Made by a program: the position numbers and the translations under genes
Assembly: GCA_046757645.1 (NCBI GenBank)
Contig: JBHHYS010000001.1
Span: 33,793-97,792, forward strand
Direction: 5' to 3'
DNA: 64,000 bases
From: Terriglobia bacterium
GTDB taxonomy: Bacteria; Acidobacteriota; Terriglobia; Acidiferrales; 2-02-FULL-67-57
The notes under the pieces: generated by a model
Database searches by the model: none
Seen by the model: only the letters and a program-made list of their open reading frames with translations
Told to the model about the DNA's origin: nothing
In this document: piece after piece, positions 54,396 through 63,495 of the stretch
How the letters are laid out: every line of letters starts with the position of its first letter
How positions within the stretch are numbered: the stretch's first letter is position 1

Positions 54396-55193
54396 CTAGC
54401 GCGGCTCGTCCGGCTCGCCGGCCACGAGTGCCGAGCTGCTCGCTGTCGCCCGCGATTCCTCGGGCAAGGCGGAGGCCACGACGGCCCGCACTTCTTCAGC
54501 CAGTCGCTGGCGCTCCTCGAGGCTTCGGTGGCGGATCTCCACGGGCGGGTGAATGGTCACGCGCACCACGCCCGGATAGATCTCCCACTTCCCTTTGGCC
54601 ATAAGTGTGGCGGCGCCGTCCAGGGTGATGGGCACGATGGGCACCCCGGCACGGAGAGCCAGGACGAAAACCCCGTGCTTGAACCGTTGCAGCCGCCCGT
54701 CCGGAGTGCGCGTTCCTTCAGGAAAAACCAGGAAGGAGGTTCCGCGCTGCAGATGCCTCAGCGCCTCATCCACCGAGGCGCGCGCCGCTTCGGGATTTTC
54801 GCGGTCCACCCGCACAAAGTCAGCCAAGCGCAGGGCCGCCCCCAAGACCGGGATGGAGAACACCTGCCTCTTGCCCATCAGAGCGATGCGCGGCGGCAGC
54901 AGAACAAATAGGAGCGGGGCATCGACGTTGCTCTGGTGATTCGCCATATAGACGCAGGGGCGCCCGCGAGGCAGGTTTTCTTCCCCGTGGAGCTCCAGGC
55001 GTATCCCCGCCAGCCAGAGCCCCATGGCAGCCCCCCAGCGGGCAATGCGGTAGAGCGGGTCGATGCGCCGCGTCCAGCGGGCGTGCAGCACGAACGGGGT
55101 TCCCACCACGAACACATAGAGGAAGACGAGGGCGGCGGTGAGGGCAGCGCGGAGGTGGGCGAAAAGATGCGGCAAGGCTCTTGTCTCCCCCAT
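54396..55193 (-). CDS. plsC: 1-acyl-sn-glycerol-3-phosphate acyltransferase
   Basis: NHQSNVD (HX4D) and FPEGTR motifs. Confidence 0.85.
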   Translation of the reverse strand: MGETRALPHLFAHLRAALTAALVFLYVFVVGTPFVLHARWTRRIDPLYRIARWGAAMGLWLAGIRLELHGEENLPRGRPCVYMANHQSNVDAPLLFVLLPPRIALMGKRQVFSIPVLGAALRLADFVRVDRENPEAARASVDEALRHLQRGTSFLVFPEGTRTPDGRLQRFKHGVFVLALRAGVPIVPITLDGAATLMAKGKWEIYPGVVRVTIHPPVEIRHRSLEERQRLAEEVRAVVASALPEESRATASSSALVAGEPDEPR

Positions 55194-55232
55194 CGAGCAG
55201 AGCTAGTATAGCACCCCTTCTCGGGGCGTCCC

Positions 55233-56177
55233 ATGAGCGAGACTCTCTTCAAGGCCGACCTCCACGTCCACAGCTACCACTCCGGGCAGGCCAAACACCT
55301 GCGGATTATTCGCCCCCGCGACTGCTACTCACCCCCGCTGGACGTCTATCACACCGCCAAGAAACGCGGCATGGACTTGGTCACCATCACCGACCACGAC
55401 TCCATCAACGGCTGCTTGGAGGTGCTCTCCCGCTATCCCGACTTGGACGACTTCATCATCAGCGAAGAAGTGACCGCCTTGGTTCCCGAATTCGGCCACC
55501 CCCTCCACATCGGCGTCTTCCACATCACCGAGGCACAGCACCGCGACATCCAAAAGCTGCGCGGCCACGCCGCCGAACTGGTGGGCTACCTAAAGCAGCA
55601 GAACATTCTGTTTGCCCTCAACCATTTCTTTCACAAATTCGACCGCATCCACCACTTACAGGACTACGTGCGCCACATCATCTCACTGTTCAACATCTTC
55701 GAGACGCGCAACGGCGCCATGCAGCGCGAGCACAACCAGCTCATCACCCAACTGCTGGACTTCGTCGCCCGCGAACAGAAACCCTACGGGATCATTGCCG
55801 GCAGCGACGCCCACACCTTGCGCCGCATCGGCACCACCTACACCGCCTCCCGGGCGCGCACCCGGGACGAGTTCCTGGAGGACATCCGCCAGGGGCGCGC
55901 CTTTGCCTGCGGCCGCCACGCCAATCATTGGGCCATCGCCGCCGACATCTACGGTGTGGTGTTGCGCTACTACCCCAGCGTGGTGCGCAACCGCCACCGC
56001 GACTACCGCCTGCCCACCCGCCTGAAGAACATTCTGGTCAGTCTTTCCCTGTCGCCGTTCCTGTTTTTGCCCTACCTGATTGCCGTGCGCCACACCCGCC
56101 AGGAACGCCAGCGCATCCGGCAGATCACGCGCCTGCTCTTCGCCGGCGAGCTGGCAGGCTCGCGTGCCGCTCTCTAG
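55233..56177 (+). CDS. PHP domain-containing phosphoesterase
   Basis: KADLHVHSYHSGQ, ITDHDSING and GSDAHTL. Confidence 0.8.
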   Translation: MSETLFKADLHVHSYHSGQAKHLRIIRPRDCYSPPLDVYHTAKKRGMDLVTITDHDSINGCLEVLSRYPDLDDFIISEEVTALVPEFGHPLHIGVFHITEAQHRDIQKLRGHAAELVGYLKQQNILFALNHFFHKFDRIHHLQDYVRHIISLFNIFETRNGAMQREHNQLITQLLDFVAREQKPYGIIAGSDAHTLRRIGTTYTASRARTRDEFLEDIRQGRAFACGRHANHWAIAADIYGVVLRYYPSVVRNRHRDYRLPTRLKNILVSLSLSPFLFLPYLIAVRHTRQERQRIRQITRLLFAGELAGSRAAL

Positions 56178-56283
56178 CGGAAGCCCACTTACTCGTTTTC
56201 TTCTTGGCCCGCCAGGGTTACTGACAGAGCGAACCGGGGTTAAGCGGGGGATGAAGGCCGCTTTCAGCTAGCAGCTTGTAGCC

Positions 56284-56736
56284 TTAGGCTTTCCTTACGG
56301 ACAGTCTGACGCGGAGCTTGTTCCACAAATCGTCCTGCAACTTCCGTTCATCGTGCGTTCTCTCTCTAGCGGCGCGTCCTTGGTCGACTACCAAGGCCAA
56401 TGCGTGCCCTGCTTTTCTGGAATAATAGATTGCTTGTCCCATAGCGTGCAGCGTGCCGTACTCGGTGCCCTCTTTCGTTAGCTTTACTTCTATTGGGATA
56501 ACGCTCGACCTTTTTTGATTTCGAAGCTCCAGATCGGTGTCACATTCCCACCCAAACAGAGTGATAAATTTCTTAGATCCGCTCCGAACTTTCCAATCGG
56601 GATACTTTTGTTCAATCCATTTCCCCAACTCAAATTCGAGGTGTTTAAGTTCTGCGTTCTCGTTTTCATAGTGACGGCAAGGAAATTCGCGCTCGAACCA
56701 TTGAGTCACTGCTTCAATTACTTCTTCATCGGTCAC
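56284..56736 (-). CDS. small PD-(D/E)xK nuclease-fold protein (RecB/Cas4-like motifs), low GC
   Basis: GTG 56736 lies 5 nt after GGAGGGGA. ..GWECDTDLEL..(10 aa)..IPIEVKL..GQAIYY gives D, ExK and QxxxY motifs in order. The ORF-track extension (to 56874) overlaps mtnP. Confidence 0.55.
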   Translation of the reverse strand: MTDEEVIEAVTQWFEREFPCRHYENENAELKHLEFELGKWIEQKYPDWKVRSGSKKFITLFGWECDTDLELRNQKRSSVIPIEVKLTKEGTEYGTLHAMGQAIYYSRKAGHALALVVDQGRAARERTHDERKLQDDLWNKLRVRLSVRKA

Positions 56737-56756
56737 TGTTCCCCTCCGTTCAATTA

Positions 56757-57638
56757 TTATCGTTTCGAGGAAAGGTAAATGTACTTGCTGATCAAGAGGG
56801 CGAGTCTCTTCCGGGTGGCGAGAGGAATTTTTTTCGCCTCGGTGATGATGGCGTGGGCGAGCGCCGCGCCGCACGTGCAGGTGCGCGCTTCAGGCACGTG
56901 GGGCACCGCCTCCCGGATGACTTTCTGCACGTTCTCGATATTGCGGGCCAGGTTCTCCATCACTTCGTGGCCGGTGACGGCGTCGTGCTGCGGGTGCCAG
57001 CAGTCGTAGTCAGTAACCATGGCGACGGTGGCGTAGCAGATTTCGGCTTCGCGAGCCAGCTTGGCTTCCTGCAGGTTGGTCATGCCGATCACGGCGAAGC
57101 CCAAGTTGCGATAGGTATGCGACTCGGCTTGGGTGGAAAACATCGGCCCTTCCATGCAGACGTAGGTACCGCCGCTGTGCGCCGTCACCCCGACGCGCCG
57201 GCAGGCATCCGCCAACACCTTCACCACCACCGGGCAGACCGGATGGGCAAAGCTGACGTGGGCGACGATGCCGTTGCCGAAGAAGGTGGAAATCCGCCCC
57301 CGGGTGCGGTCGAAGAACTGATCCGGGATGACGAACTCCATCGGCTTCAACTCTTCTTTGAGCGAGCCCACCGCGCTCACCGACAGGATGCGCTCCACCC
57401 CCAGCTTTTTGAAGCCGTAGATGTTGGCGCGGAAGTTGAGTTCCGAAGGCAGGATGCGGTGGCCGCGACCGTGCCGGGCGAGAAAGGCGACCCGCCTCCC
57501 CTCCAGCGTCCCCACCCGATAGGCGTCGGAGGGAGATCCAAAGGGGGTCGTGACCCGGACTTCCTTTGTGCGCCTCAACCCGGCCATTCCGTAGAGGCCG
57601 CTGCCGCCGATGATTCCCAGTTTGATTTGTCCCGCCAC
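56757..57638 (-). CDS. mtnP: S-methyl-5'-thioadenosine phosphorylase
   Basis: KLGIIGGSGLY, ARHGRGHRILPSELNFRANI and GMTNLQEAKLAREAE. Confidence 0.93.
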   Translation of the reverse strand: MAGQIKLGIIGGSGLYGMAGLRRTKEVRVTTPFGSPSDAYRVGTLEGRRVAFLARHGRGHRILPSELNFRANIYGFKKLGVERILSVSAVGSLKEELKPMEFVIPDQFFDRTRGRISTFFGNGIVAHVSFAHPVCPVVVKVLADACRRVGVTAHSGGTYVCMEGPMFSTQAESHTYRNLGFAVIGMTNLQEAKLAREAEICYATVAMVTDYDCWHPQHDAVTGHEVMENLARNIENVQKVIREAVPHVPEARTCTCGAALAHAIITEAKKIPLATRKRLALLISKYIYLSSKR

Positions 57639-57648
57639 TGCTCGCCTC

Positions 57649-58509
57649 CTATTGGGGGGTGATCAGTTCCTGCTCCTCGACCGGTTCGGCCACCACTGTG
57701 CCGTCGCGCTCGCGCAGGTAGGCCGCCGGCACCTCAGGGTCGTGGGGAAAGAAACAGAGCCAGTCGTTGTGCACCGCCTCGGGAATCCAGCGCTTCTTGT
57801 TCTCTAGAGTCGTCAGCGGGTAAAGGTCATAGCCCATAATCCACGGATACGACAGGTGGGCGGTAGTGGGCACCAGGTCGGCAAAGAAAAATGCCGTGCG
57901 TTCGCCGGCCCGGAGGCGCACGCACTGCATATCGCGGGTATGTCCCGGCACCCGAATGAGCTCGACGCCCGGGGCGATCTCCGCTTCGCCCTCGAGCCAC
58001 ACCCACTGGTTGGTGGCGGCCAGCGGCTCGAAGTTTTCCGGGAGGTAGCTGGCGCGGTCGCGCTCGGTGGGGCGTTGCGCGTGCTCGTATTCGCCGCGCT
58101 GGACATAGTAGCGGGCACGCGGAAAAGTGGGCACCGGCTTTCCGTTTTTGCCCCAGCGGGTGTTCCAACCGCAGTGGTCAAAGTGGAGGTGGGTGTTGAC
58201 CACGATGTCTACCTCCTCCGGCGCCACCCCGCAGCGCTGAAGCGAAGCCAGCAGCGTGACATTGTGCTCAATCCCGTAAATGTCCTGCCCCTTGGAATCG
58301 AACTTCTCCCCGGTGCCCGTCTCCACCAGGATGGTCCGGCCCGCGCTGCGAATCAGCAGGCAATTCAGGGCGAGGGTGATCCGGTTGCGGTCGTCCGCGG
58401 CCAGGCGGCGCTGCCAGAGGGGCTTGGGCACCACCCCGAACATGGCGCCGCCGTCCAGACGAAAGCGCCCGTCCGAGACCACAAAAATTTCGAGTTCGCC
58501 GAACTTCAT
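57649..58509 (-). CDS. MBL-fold metallo-hydrolase
   Basis: VVNTHLHFDHCGW (HxHxDH). Confidence 0.85.
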   Translation of the reverse strand: MKFGELEIFVVSDGRFRLDGGAMFGVVPKPLWQRRLAADDRNRITLALNCLLIRSAGRTILVETGTGEKFDSKGQDIYGIEHNVTLLASLQRCGVAPEEVDIVVNTHLHFDHCGWNTRWGKNGKPVPTFPRARYYVQRGEYEHAQRPTERDRASYLPENFEPLAATNQWVWLEGEAEIAPGVELIRVPGHTRDMQCVRLRAGERTAFFFADLVPTTAHLSYPWIMGYDLYPLTTLENKKRWIPEAVHNDWLCFFPHDPEVPAAYLRERDGTVVAEPVEEQELITPQ

Positions 58510-58614
58510 TTTGCGTTTCCGGGAATAGCAGAAACCTCAGGGGCTAAAGCCCATCTTCTCTTGCGACGTTTTCGGCGGGGTTAAAACCCCGCCCCGCCAA
58601 AAACAAAACAAACT

Positions 58615-59085
58615 TCACTGTTCAGGCCACGGGCTTCTGCCTGTGGCCTGCAGCTTCGTTTCCCTTTCCTGCGGGGCTTCCACGAGTTCCACCAGCACGC
58701 CGCCGCAGCTCGCCGGGTGCAGGAAGGCATAGCGGTGGCCGCTGGCCCCGACTTTGTCGGGGCTGGCGCCGGATTCAGCCTTGCCGGGGAGCACGCGGAC
58801 GCCAAGGGCCTCGAGCTGCCGCAGGCGGGCATCGAGCTGGGCCACCTCGATGGCGATGTGATGGATGCCTGGGCCGCGCTTCTCCAGGAAGCCGGCGATG
58901 GGTGAATCCGCCGCGGTCGCCTCCAGCAATTCCAAGCGCATGTTTCCCAGGGGCAGCATGGCCACCCGCACTTTCTCGGCCGGGAGGGTGTCGATGCCGG
59001 CAAGGCGCAAGCCCAGCGTGTCGCGATAGAACTTCAGCGCCTCGTCCAGGGAGCGCACGGCGATGCCAATGTGGTCGAGCTTCAT
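58615..59085 (-). CDS. mce: methylmalonyl-CoA epimerase (VOC family)
   Basis: [10 protein letters not shown]...GIHHIAIEV. Its ATG overlaps the meaB stop (ATGA). Confidence 0.8.
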   Translation of the reverse strand: MKLDHIGIAVRSLDEALKFYRDTLGLRLAGIDTLPAEKVRVAMLPLGNMRLELLEATAADSPIAGFLEKRGPGIHHIAIEVAQLDARLRQLEALGVRVLPGKAESGASPDKVGASGHRYAFLHPASCGGVLVELVEAPQERETKLQATGRSPWPEQ

Positions 59086-60053
59086 TCCTCGATTCCCGCC
59101 GCGCGCAGCAGCTCTTCCACGACACTGTAAGGATCGCGCTGCCGCCGGGCAATCTGCCGGGCGTAGTCCCCCAGTTGGTCCTTGCCCACGCCGGCTTTCA
59201 GAACCCGTTCCAGTGCCTGCTGTCGAATCAGCTCCAGCAAGCGCTCCTGCCAGCGCTCGATCCGCTTCTGCTCGCGCAGCCCGGCTTGCTCAATGTGGGC
59301 GCCATAGTGGTCCAGCGCCGTGGCCAGCTCGGGCACCCCGATGCCGTCCGGGGCCACGGTTTTGACGATAGGAGGTTGCCAGCCATCGGCGCGCTGGCTC
59401 AGCCCCAGTACGACTTTAAGTTCCTGCTCCAGGCGATCGGTGTCGCTCCGGTCAGCTTTGTTGATGACGAAGACGTCGGCGATTTCCATCACCCCCGCCT
59501 TGAAGTTTTGCACGTCATCGCCCATCCCCGCCACCAGGAGCAGCACGGTGACGTCCGCCAGGCGCACGATGTCCACCTCATCCTGGCCCACACCCACGGT
59601 TTCGATGAGAATCAGGTCTTTGCCCGCCGCATCCAGAACCAGGGCGGCGTCTCCGCTGGCGCGCGCCAGGCCGCCCAGAAAGCCGCGGGTGGCCATGCTG
59701 CGGATGTAGATACCTTCATCGGTGGCGTGCTGCTGCATGCGGATGCGGTCGCCCAGCAAAGCGCCGCCGGTGAAGGGACTGGTGGGATCGACGGCGATGA
59801 TGCCGACGCTCTTCCCCTGGGCGCGGTAGTGAGCGGCCAGGCGATTGGCCAGCGAACTCTTTCCGGTGCCGGGCGCTCCGGTCAAACCGACCAAGAGGGC
59901 GTTGCCGGTGGAGGGGAACAACTCCTGCACGATTTGGGCGGCGCCGGGCTCGGCGTTCTCGATGGCGCTGATGGCTCGAGCGATGGCGCGGGGAGTCCCG
60001 CGACGCACGCCCTCAACCACGGACGCGGCTTCCAGGGCAGCGGAGTTCCTCAA
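59082..60053 (-). CDS. meaB: methylmalonyl-CoA mutase-associated GTPase MeaB/ArgK
   Basis: [14 protein letters not shown]-loop, VETVGVGQ and INKAD. TTG 60053 overlaps the acd stop (TTGA), whereas the ORF-track ATG 60134 would lie 85 nt inside acd. The start is uncertain. Confidence 0.88.
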   Translation of the reverse strand: MRNSAALEAASVVEGVRRGTPRAIARAISAIENAEPGAAQIVQELFPSTGNALLVGLTGAPGTGKSSLANRLAAHYRAQGKSVGIIAVDPTSPFTGGALLGDRIRMQQHATDEGIYIRSMATRGFLGGLARASGDAALVLDAAGKDLILIETVGVGQDEVDIVRLADVTVLLLVAGMGDDVQNFKAGVMEIADVFVINKADRSDTDRLEQELKVVLGLSQRADGWQPPIVKTVAPDGIGVPELATALDHYGAHIEQAGLREQKRIERWQERLLELIRQQALERVLKAGVGKDQLGDYARQIARRQRDPYSVVEELLRAAGIEE

Positions 60054-61207
60054 CTCTTCTCCCGAACTTTGCCTAGCAATTGCCGGGCGATTACCAGCCG
60101 CTGAACCTCGCTGGTCCCTTCGCCGATGGTACACAACTTGACATCGCGATAAAACTTCTCCGCCGGGTAATCCTTGACGAAGCCGTAGCCGCCGTGGATT
60201 TGCACGGCTTCATTGGTGGCGCGCACCGCCACTTCACTGCTAAAGAGTTTAGCCATCGAGGAGAGTTTGGTGTCGGGCTCACCCTGGTCGGCGTGGTAGG
60301 CGGCCTCATAGGTCAGCCAGCGCGCCGCTTCCGCCTCCGTCTTCATTGAGGCGAGTTTCCACTGAATCGCCTGGAAGCTGGCGATGGCCTGTCCAAACTG
60401 TTTGCGTGCGCGGGCGTACGCCAGGGAGACATCAAAAGCGCCCTGCGCGATTCCCACCGCCAGGGCGGCAATGGAAATCCGGCCGCCGTCCAAGACGCGC
60501 AGGCTGTCGACGAAGCCTTGGCCTTCCCGGCCGAGCAGGTTTTCCTGTGGCAGCCGACAATCTTCGAAGATGACTTCCGAGGTTTCGCTGGCCCGCATCC
60601 CCAGCTTGTTTTCCTTCTTGCCCGGGCGGAAGCCGGGCGTGCCCTTCTCGATGACGAAGGCGGAGATGCCGTGGTGGCCTTTGGCCGGGTCGGTGACCGC
60701 CATGGCCACGCATACGTCAGCGTGGTGGCCGTTGGTGGTGAAGGTCTTGCCGCCGTTCAGCACCCAAGCACCGCCCTGGCACACGGCTGTGGTGCGGGTG
60801 CCGCCAGCATCGGAACCCGCCTCGGGCTCGGTCAGGCTCCAGCAGCCCAAGCGGGCGCCCTGCGCCAGCGGTATCACATATTTCTTGCGCTGCTCTTCGC
60901 TGCCGAACTTGAAGATGTGATTCGTGCACAGAGAGGTGTGGGCCGCCACCATCAGGGCCACCGAAGGGTCTACGCGGGCCAGCTCCTCAAGAACGATGCA
61001 GTACTCGATGTAGCCCAGCCCGGCGCCGCCGTACTCCTCCGGGAAGATCACCCCCCACAAGCCCAACGTCGCCAGTTGCGGAACAAGCTCTTCGGGGAAC
61101 TGTGACGCTTCGTCCCACTCCATCACGTGCGGGCGAATCTCCGCTTCGGCGAATTCCCGCAGGGTACGCCGGAGTTGCTCTTGCTCGTCGGTGAATTTGA
61201 ACTCCAC
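60050..61207 (-). CDS. acyl-CoA dehydrogenase
   Basis: 385 aa with [13 protein letters not shown] and [34 protein letters not shown]. Confidence 0.95.
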   Translation of the reverse strand: MEFKFTDEQEQLRRTLREFAEAEIRPHVMEWDEASQFPEELVPQLATLGLWGVIFPEEYGGAGLGYIEYCIVLEELARVDPSVALMVAAHTSLCTNHIFKFGSEEQRKKYVIPLAQGARLGCWSLTEPEAGSDAGGTRTTAVCQGGAWVLNGGKTFTTNGHHADVCVAMAVTDPAKGHHGISAFVIEKGTPGFRPGKKENKLGMRASETSEVIFEDCRLPQENLLGREGQGFVDSLRVLDGGRISIAALAVGIAQGAFDVSLAYARARKQFGQAIASFQAIQWKLASMKTEAEAARWLTYEAAYHADQGEPDTKLSSMAKLFSSEVAVRATNEAVQIHGGYGFVKDYPAEKFYRDVKLCTIGEGTSEVQRLVIARQLLGKVREKS

Positions 61208-61300
61208 GCGGTCTCCTGTTCTCCTGAGTGCAGGAAAAACAACTTTATATCATACCCAGTCCGGGGCAGCCAGTGAGCGCGGCGACAGGGCGGCGATCGA

Positions 61301-61322
61301 GGGCAGGCAGGAATGCCTGCCC
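61301..61322. repeat. perfect 9-bp hairpin GGGCAGGCA-ggaa-TGCCTGCCC
   Basis: Read directly from the sequence, in the acd upstream intergenic region. Confidence 0.7.
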
Positions 61323-61347
61323 TGCCAGGACAAGATCGGACATCTTT

Positions 61348-61464
61348 GCGGATGCGGATTTTGCGGATTTTGCGGATTTTGCGGTTTTGCCGTTCACTTT
61401 TTAGGGGCAAAAAAATGCCTCGCGGAAAAAATGTCCGCAAAATCCGCGAAAACCGCAGAAACCG
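61348..61464. repeat. 9-mer tandem repeat (GCGGATTTT x3-4) with an inverted degenerate copy
   Basis: Left arm: GCGGATGCGGATTTTGCGGATTTTGCGGATTTTGCGGTTTTGCCG (61348-61392). Right arm: CGCGGAAAAAATGTCCGCAAAATCCGCGAAAACCGCAGAAACCG (61421-61464). Confidence 0.75.
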
Positions 61465-61516
61465 TAGACTTGACCCCTGCCACCGGGGTAAGGCTTCCCC
61501 CCGGTGAAGGAGAGTT

Positions 61517-61858
61517 ATGCGTCCGGGATGCATCCGAACGCATGCCACGGCTATGCCCCGAGTGGTGGACAACCAAGTTTGGTGGTGTGCCGACCCGGAC
61601 TGCCAGCTCGGATTCCGGCCGCGAAAGTCCTGGCAGAAGTATCACAGCGACACTTGCCGCCGACGGCACTGGCGCCGCCGGAAAGAGGCCGAACTTCACC
61701 GGCCGGTGGCCTGCCCACATTGTGGCAAGCTCATCTCGCCCCCTGCAGCTTCACGCTTACTCAGAAGAGGCGAAGCAGGAAAAGCGAGGAGCAAAAAACG
61801 AAAGAACCGCCGGCGCCCGGCGGTTTACTGGATTCTCAATTACTGGTTTCTAAAATAA
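61517..61858 (+). CDS. hypothetical small Cys-rich, highly basic protein (zinc-ribbon-like)
   Basis: AAGGAG lies 6 nt upstream of the ATG. WWCADPDC...YHSDTCRRRHW...CPHCG. The 3' end reads through a terminator hairpin, so the true C-terminus is doubtful. Confidence 0.4.
   Translation: MRPGCIRTHATAMPRVVDNQVWWCADPDCQLGFRPRKSWQKYHSDTCRRRHWRRRKEAELHRPVACPHCGKLISPPAASRLLRRGEAGKARSKKRKNRRRPAVYWILNYWFLK
61807..61823. terminator. bidirectional intrinsic terminator (best fit for the minus-strand M20 gene)
   Basis: CCGCCGG-cgc-CCGGCGG. On the minus strand it is followed by TTCTTTCGTTTTTTG, and on the plus strand by TTTACTGG. Confidence 0.6.
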
Positions 61859-61883
61859 GGTACAGCTCAGCCCCGGAGACCGA

Positions 61884-63443
61884 CTACTCGGGCCAGTGGG
61901 CATAGGCGTAGAGGATGTCCACCATTGACTTCTCGCAATCAGCCAGGCCCGCCACCTTGTCGTTGCCGTCGATGACGAAGTATTCGTCCACGGCGTGGGC
62001 GCGACTCCCGTGGCCGAGGCCGCCGGAGACGGCCGGGAGCTTGAGCGGGGGTCGGGTGTACTGCGCCTGGGGACTGGAGCCCGCCGAGCGGGGCCAGATG
62101 GCGGGCTCGATGCCGTACTTCTGGTAAACGCTGAGCACCGCCTGCACCACCGGTTCTTTGACGCTGGTGCGCGACCACTCATCACCACCCGCCAAGCTGC
62201 GCATCTCGATGTCGGAAAAGCCGTGGCGGTCGAGGTGCTGGCGAATCAGTCCTTCCTGCTCCTTTACCCCCTGGTTGGGCACCAGGCGGCTATCAAGCTT
62301 GCAAGCCGCTTTCTCCGGCAGGATGGTGGCCACGCCGGGGCCGGTGTAGCCGCCCCAGATGCCGTCAATGTTGAGCGTGGTGTCGAAGAGCAGATGGCGA
62401 ATGGCTTCTTCGTCCGACCAGTCGCGCATCCAGGCGCGAACGTTCTCACGCTCGGAGGCGAAGGCACGGTCTTTGAATCGCTCGATCAGAGTGGCCACCA
62501 ACATTTCCTCTTCTTCGGTGGGCGGGACAATCTTGTCGTAGTAGCCATCGATCAGGATGCGATTGCTGCGCTGGTCGTACATGGAGTTGAGCGCCTCCAC
62601 CAGCCGCCACACCGGGCTTTCCAGGATGGCCTTGCGGCTGGAGTGGATGGGCATCTTCTGCGGGCCGCGGCCCCAGCGCTTTCCGCTCGACTCCAACTCC
62701 ACGTAGGCAATGCCCTTGTTGCCCAGCACCATGCTCACCTGCCCTTCGCGGTTCTGCGCGGGCCCCGGGTTCAGGTGGGCGTTGGCGGTCTTCAGCTTGT
62801 CGCGGTACGGCTCCAAGACCTGGTGGAAATGAGGGCTGCCCTGTTCTTCCTCCCCGTCGCAGGTGAACATGATGTTCACCGGCAGCCTACCTGTGACCGC
62901 AATGATGGCTTCCAGGGCGTTGAGGAAGGCGCGTAGCGGGCCCTTGGAGTTGATGGCGCCGCGGGCGATGATCACGCTCGGGAAAGGCTCCATCGGCACC
63001 CGATTGGCGGCCAGGGGCGGCGATGACCACTCCTCTTTGTTGAACGGCTGGGTGTCGTACATAAAGTAGCGGGAGGTGGTCTTCTTCGCCCCCGCGTCAT
63101 ACCAGGCCCAGACGCCCGGGTTGCCATCGGTGGGCACCAGATTGGCTTCCTGGCAGCCGAGAGCTTTGAAATAACCCAAAAGCATTTCGGCGCAGTCCTG
63201 GATGCCCAGGTTCCAACTGGAAACGCTGGGCTGGCGGAGAAACTCCTGGATTTTGCCCACGTGCGCGTCAATGTGGGCGTCAATGTAGGCGTGAATCTTT
63301 TTCAGCGTGGGGGAGTCGAGCACGTCGGCGGCAAAACCCGCGGGCTCATCAAGAAAGGCAAAGACGCCCAAGCGCGTCCCGCAGAGCGGGACCAGGGCCG
63401 CTTTGCCCGAGAGGGCAAGAAATTCCTTTCGCGTCATCGCCAT
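61884..63443 (-). CDS. M20 family peptidase (intact paralogue-like of 1773-3305), exported
   Basis: 519 aa with CDGEEEQGSPHF and IDGIWGGYTGPGVATILPEKAACKLDSRLV. The N-terminus MAMTRKEFLALSGKAALV is Tat-like. Confidence 0.9.
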   Translation of the reverse strand: MAMTRKEFLALSGKAALVPLCGTRLGVFAFLDEPAGFAADVLDSPTLKKIHAYIDAHIDAHVGKIQEFLRQPSVSSWNLGIQDCAEMLLGYFKALGCQEANLVPTDGNPGVWAWYDAGAKKTTSRYFMYDTQPFNKEEWSSPPLAANRVPMEPFPSVIIARGAINSKGPLRAFLNALEAIIAVTGRLPVNIMFTCDGEEEQGSPHFHQVLEPYRDKLKTANAHLNPGPAQNREGQVSMVLGNKGIAYVELESSGKRWGRGPQKMPIHSSRKAILESPVWRLVEALNSMYDQRSNRILIDGYYDKIVPPTEEEEMLVATLIERFKDRAFASERENVRAWMRDWSDEEAIRHLLFDTTLNIDGIWGGYTGPGVATILPEKAACKLDSRLVPNQGVKEQEGLIRQHLDRHGFSDIEMRSLAGGDEWSRTSVKEPVVQAVLSVYQKYGIEPAIWPRSAGSSPQAQYTRPPLKLPAVSGGLGHGSRAHAVDEYFVIDGNDKVAGLADCEKSMVDILYAYAHWPE

Positions 63444-63495
63444 GGCACCACCTCCGGCTCCGGGTGGATTGCAAGCAGAAAGTGACCGAGCCCGC

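Noticed and set aside
58574-58593. GGCGGGGTT-AA-AACCCCGCC hairpin as the terminator of mce.
   Set aside because: On the mce (minus) strand the U-tract precedes rather than follows the stem, and no plus-strand gene ends here. It is noted as a hairpin only, not called as a terminator.
61348-61464. Tandem repeats as a possible CRISPR array.
   Set aside because: The repeat unit is only 9 nt, with no unique spacers and no cas genes. It is a microsatellite-like palindromic element.
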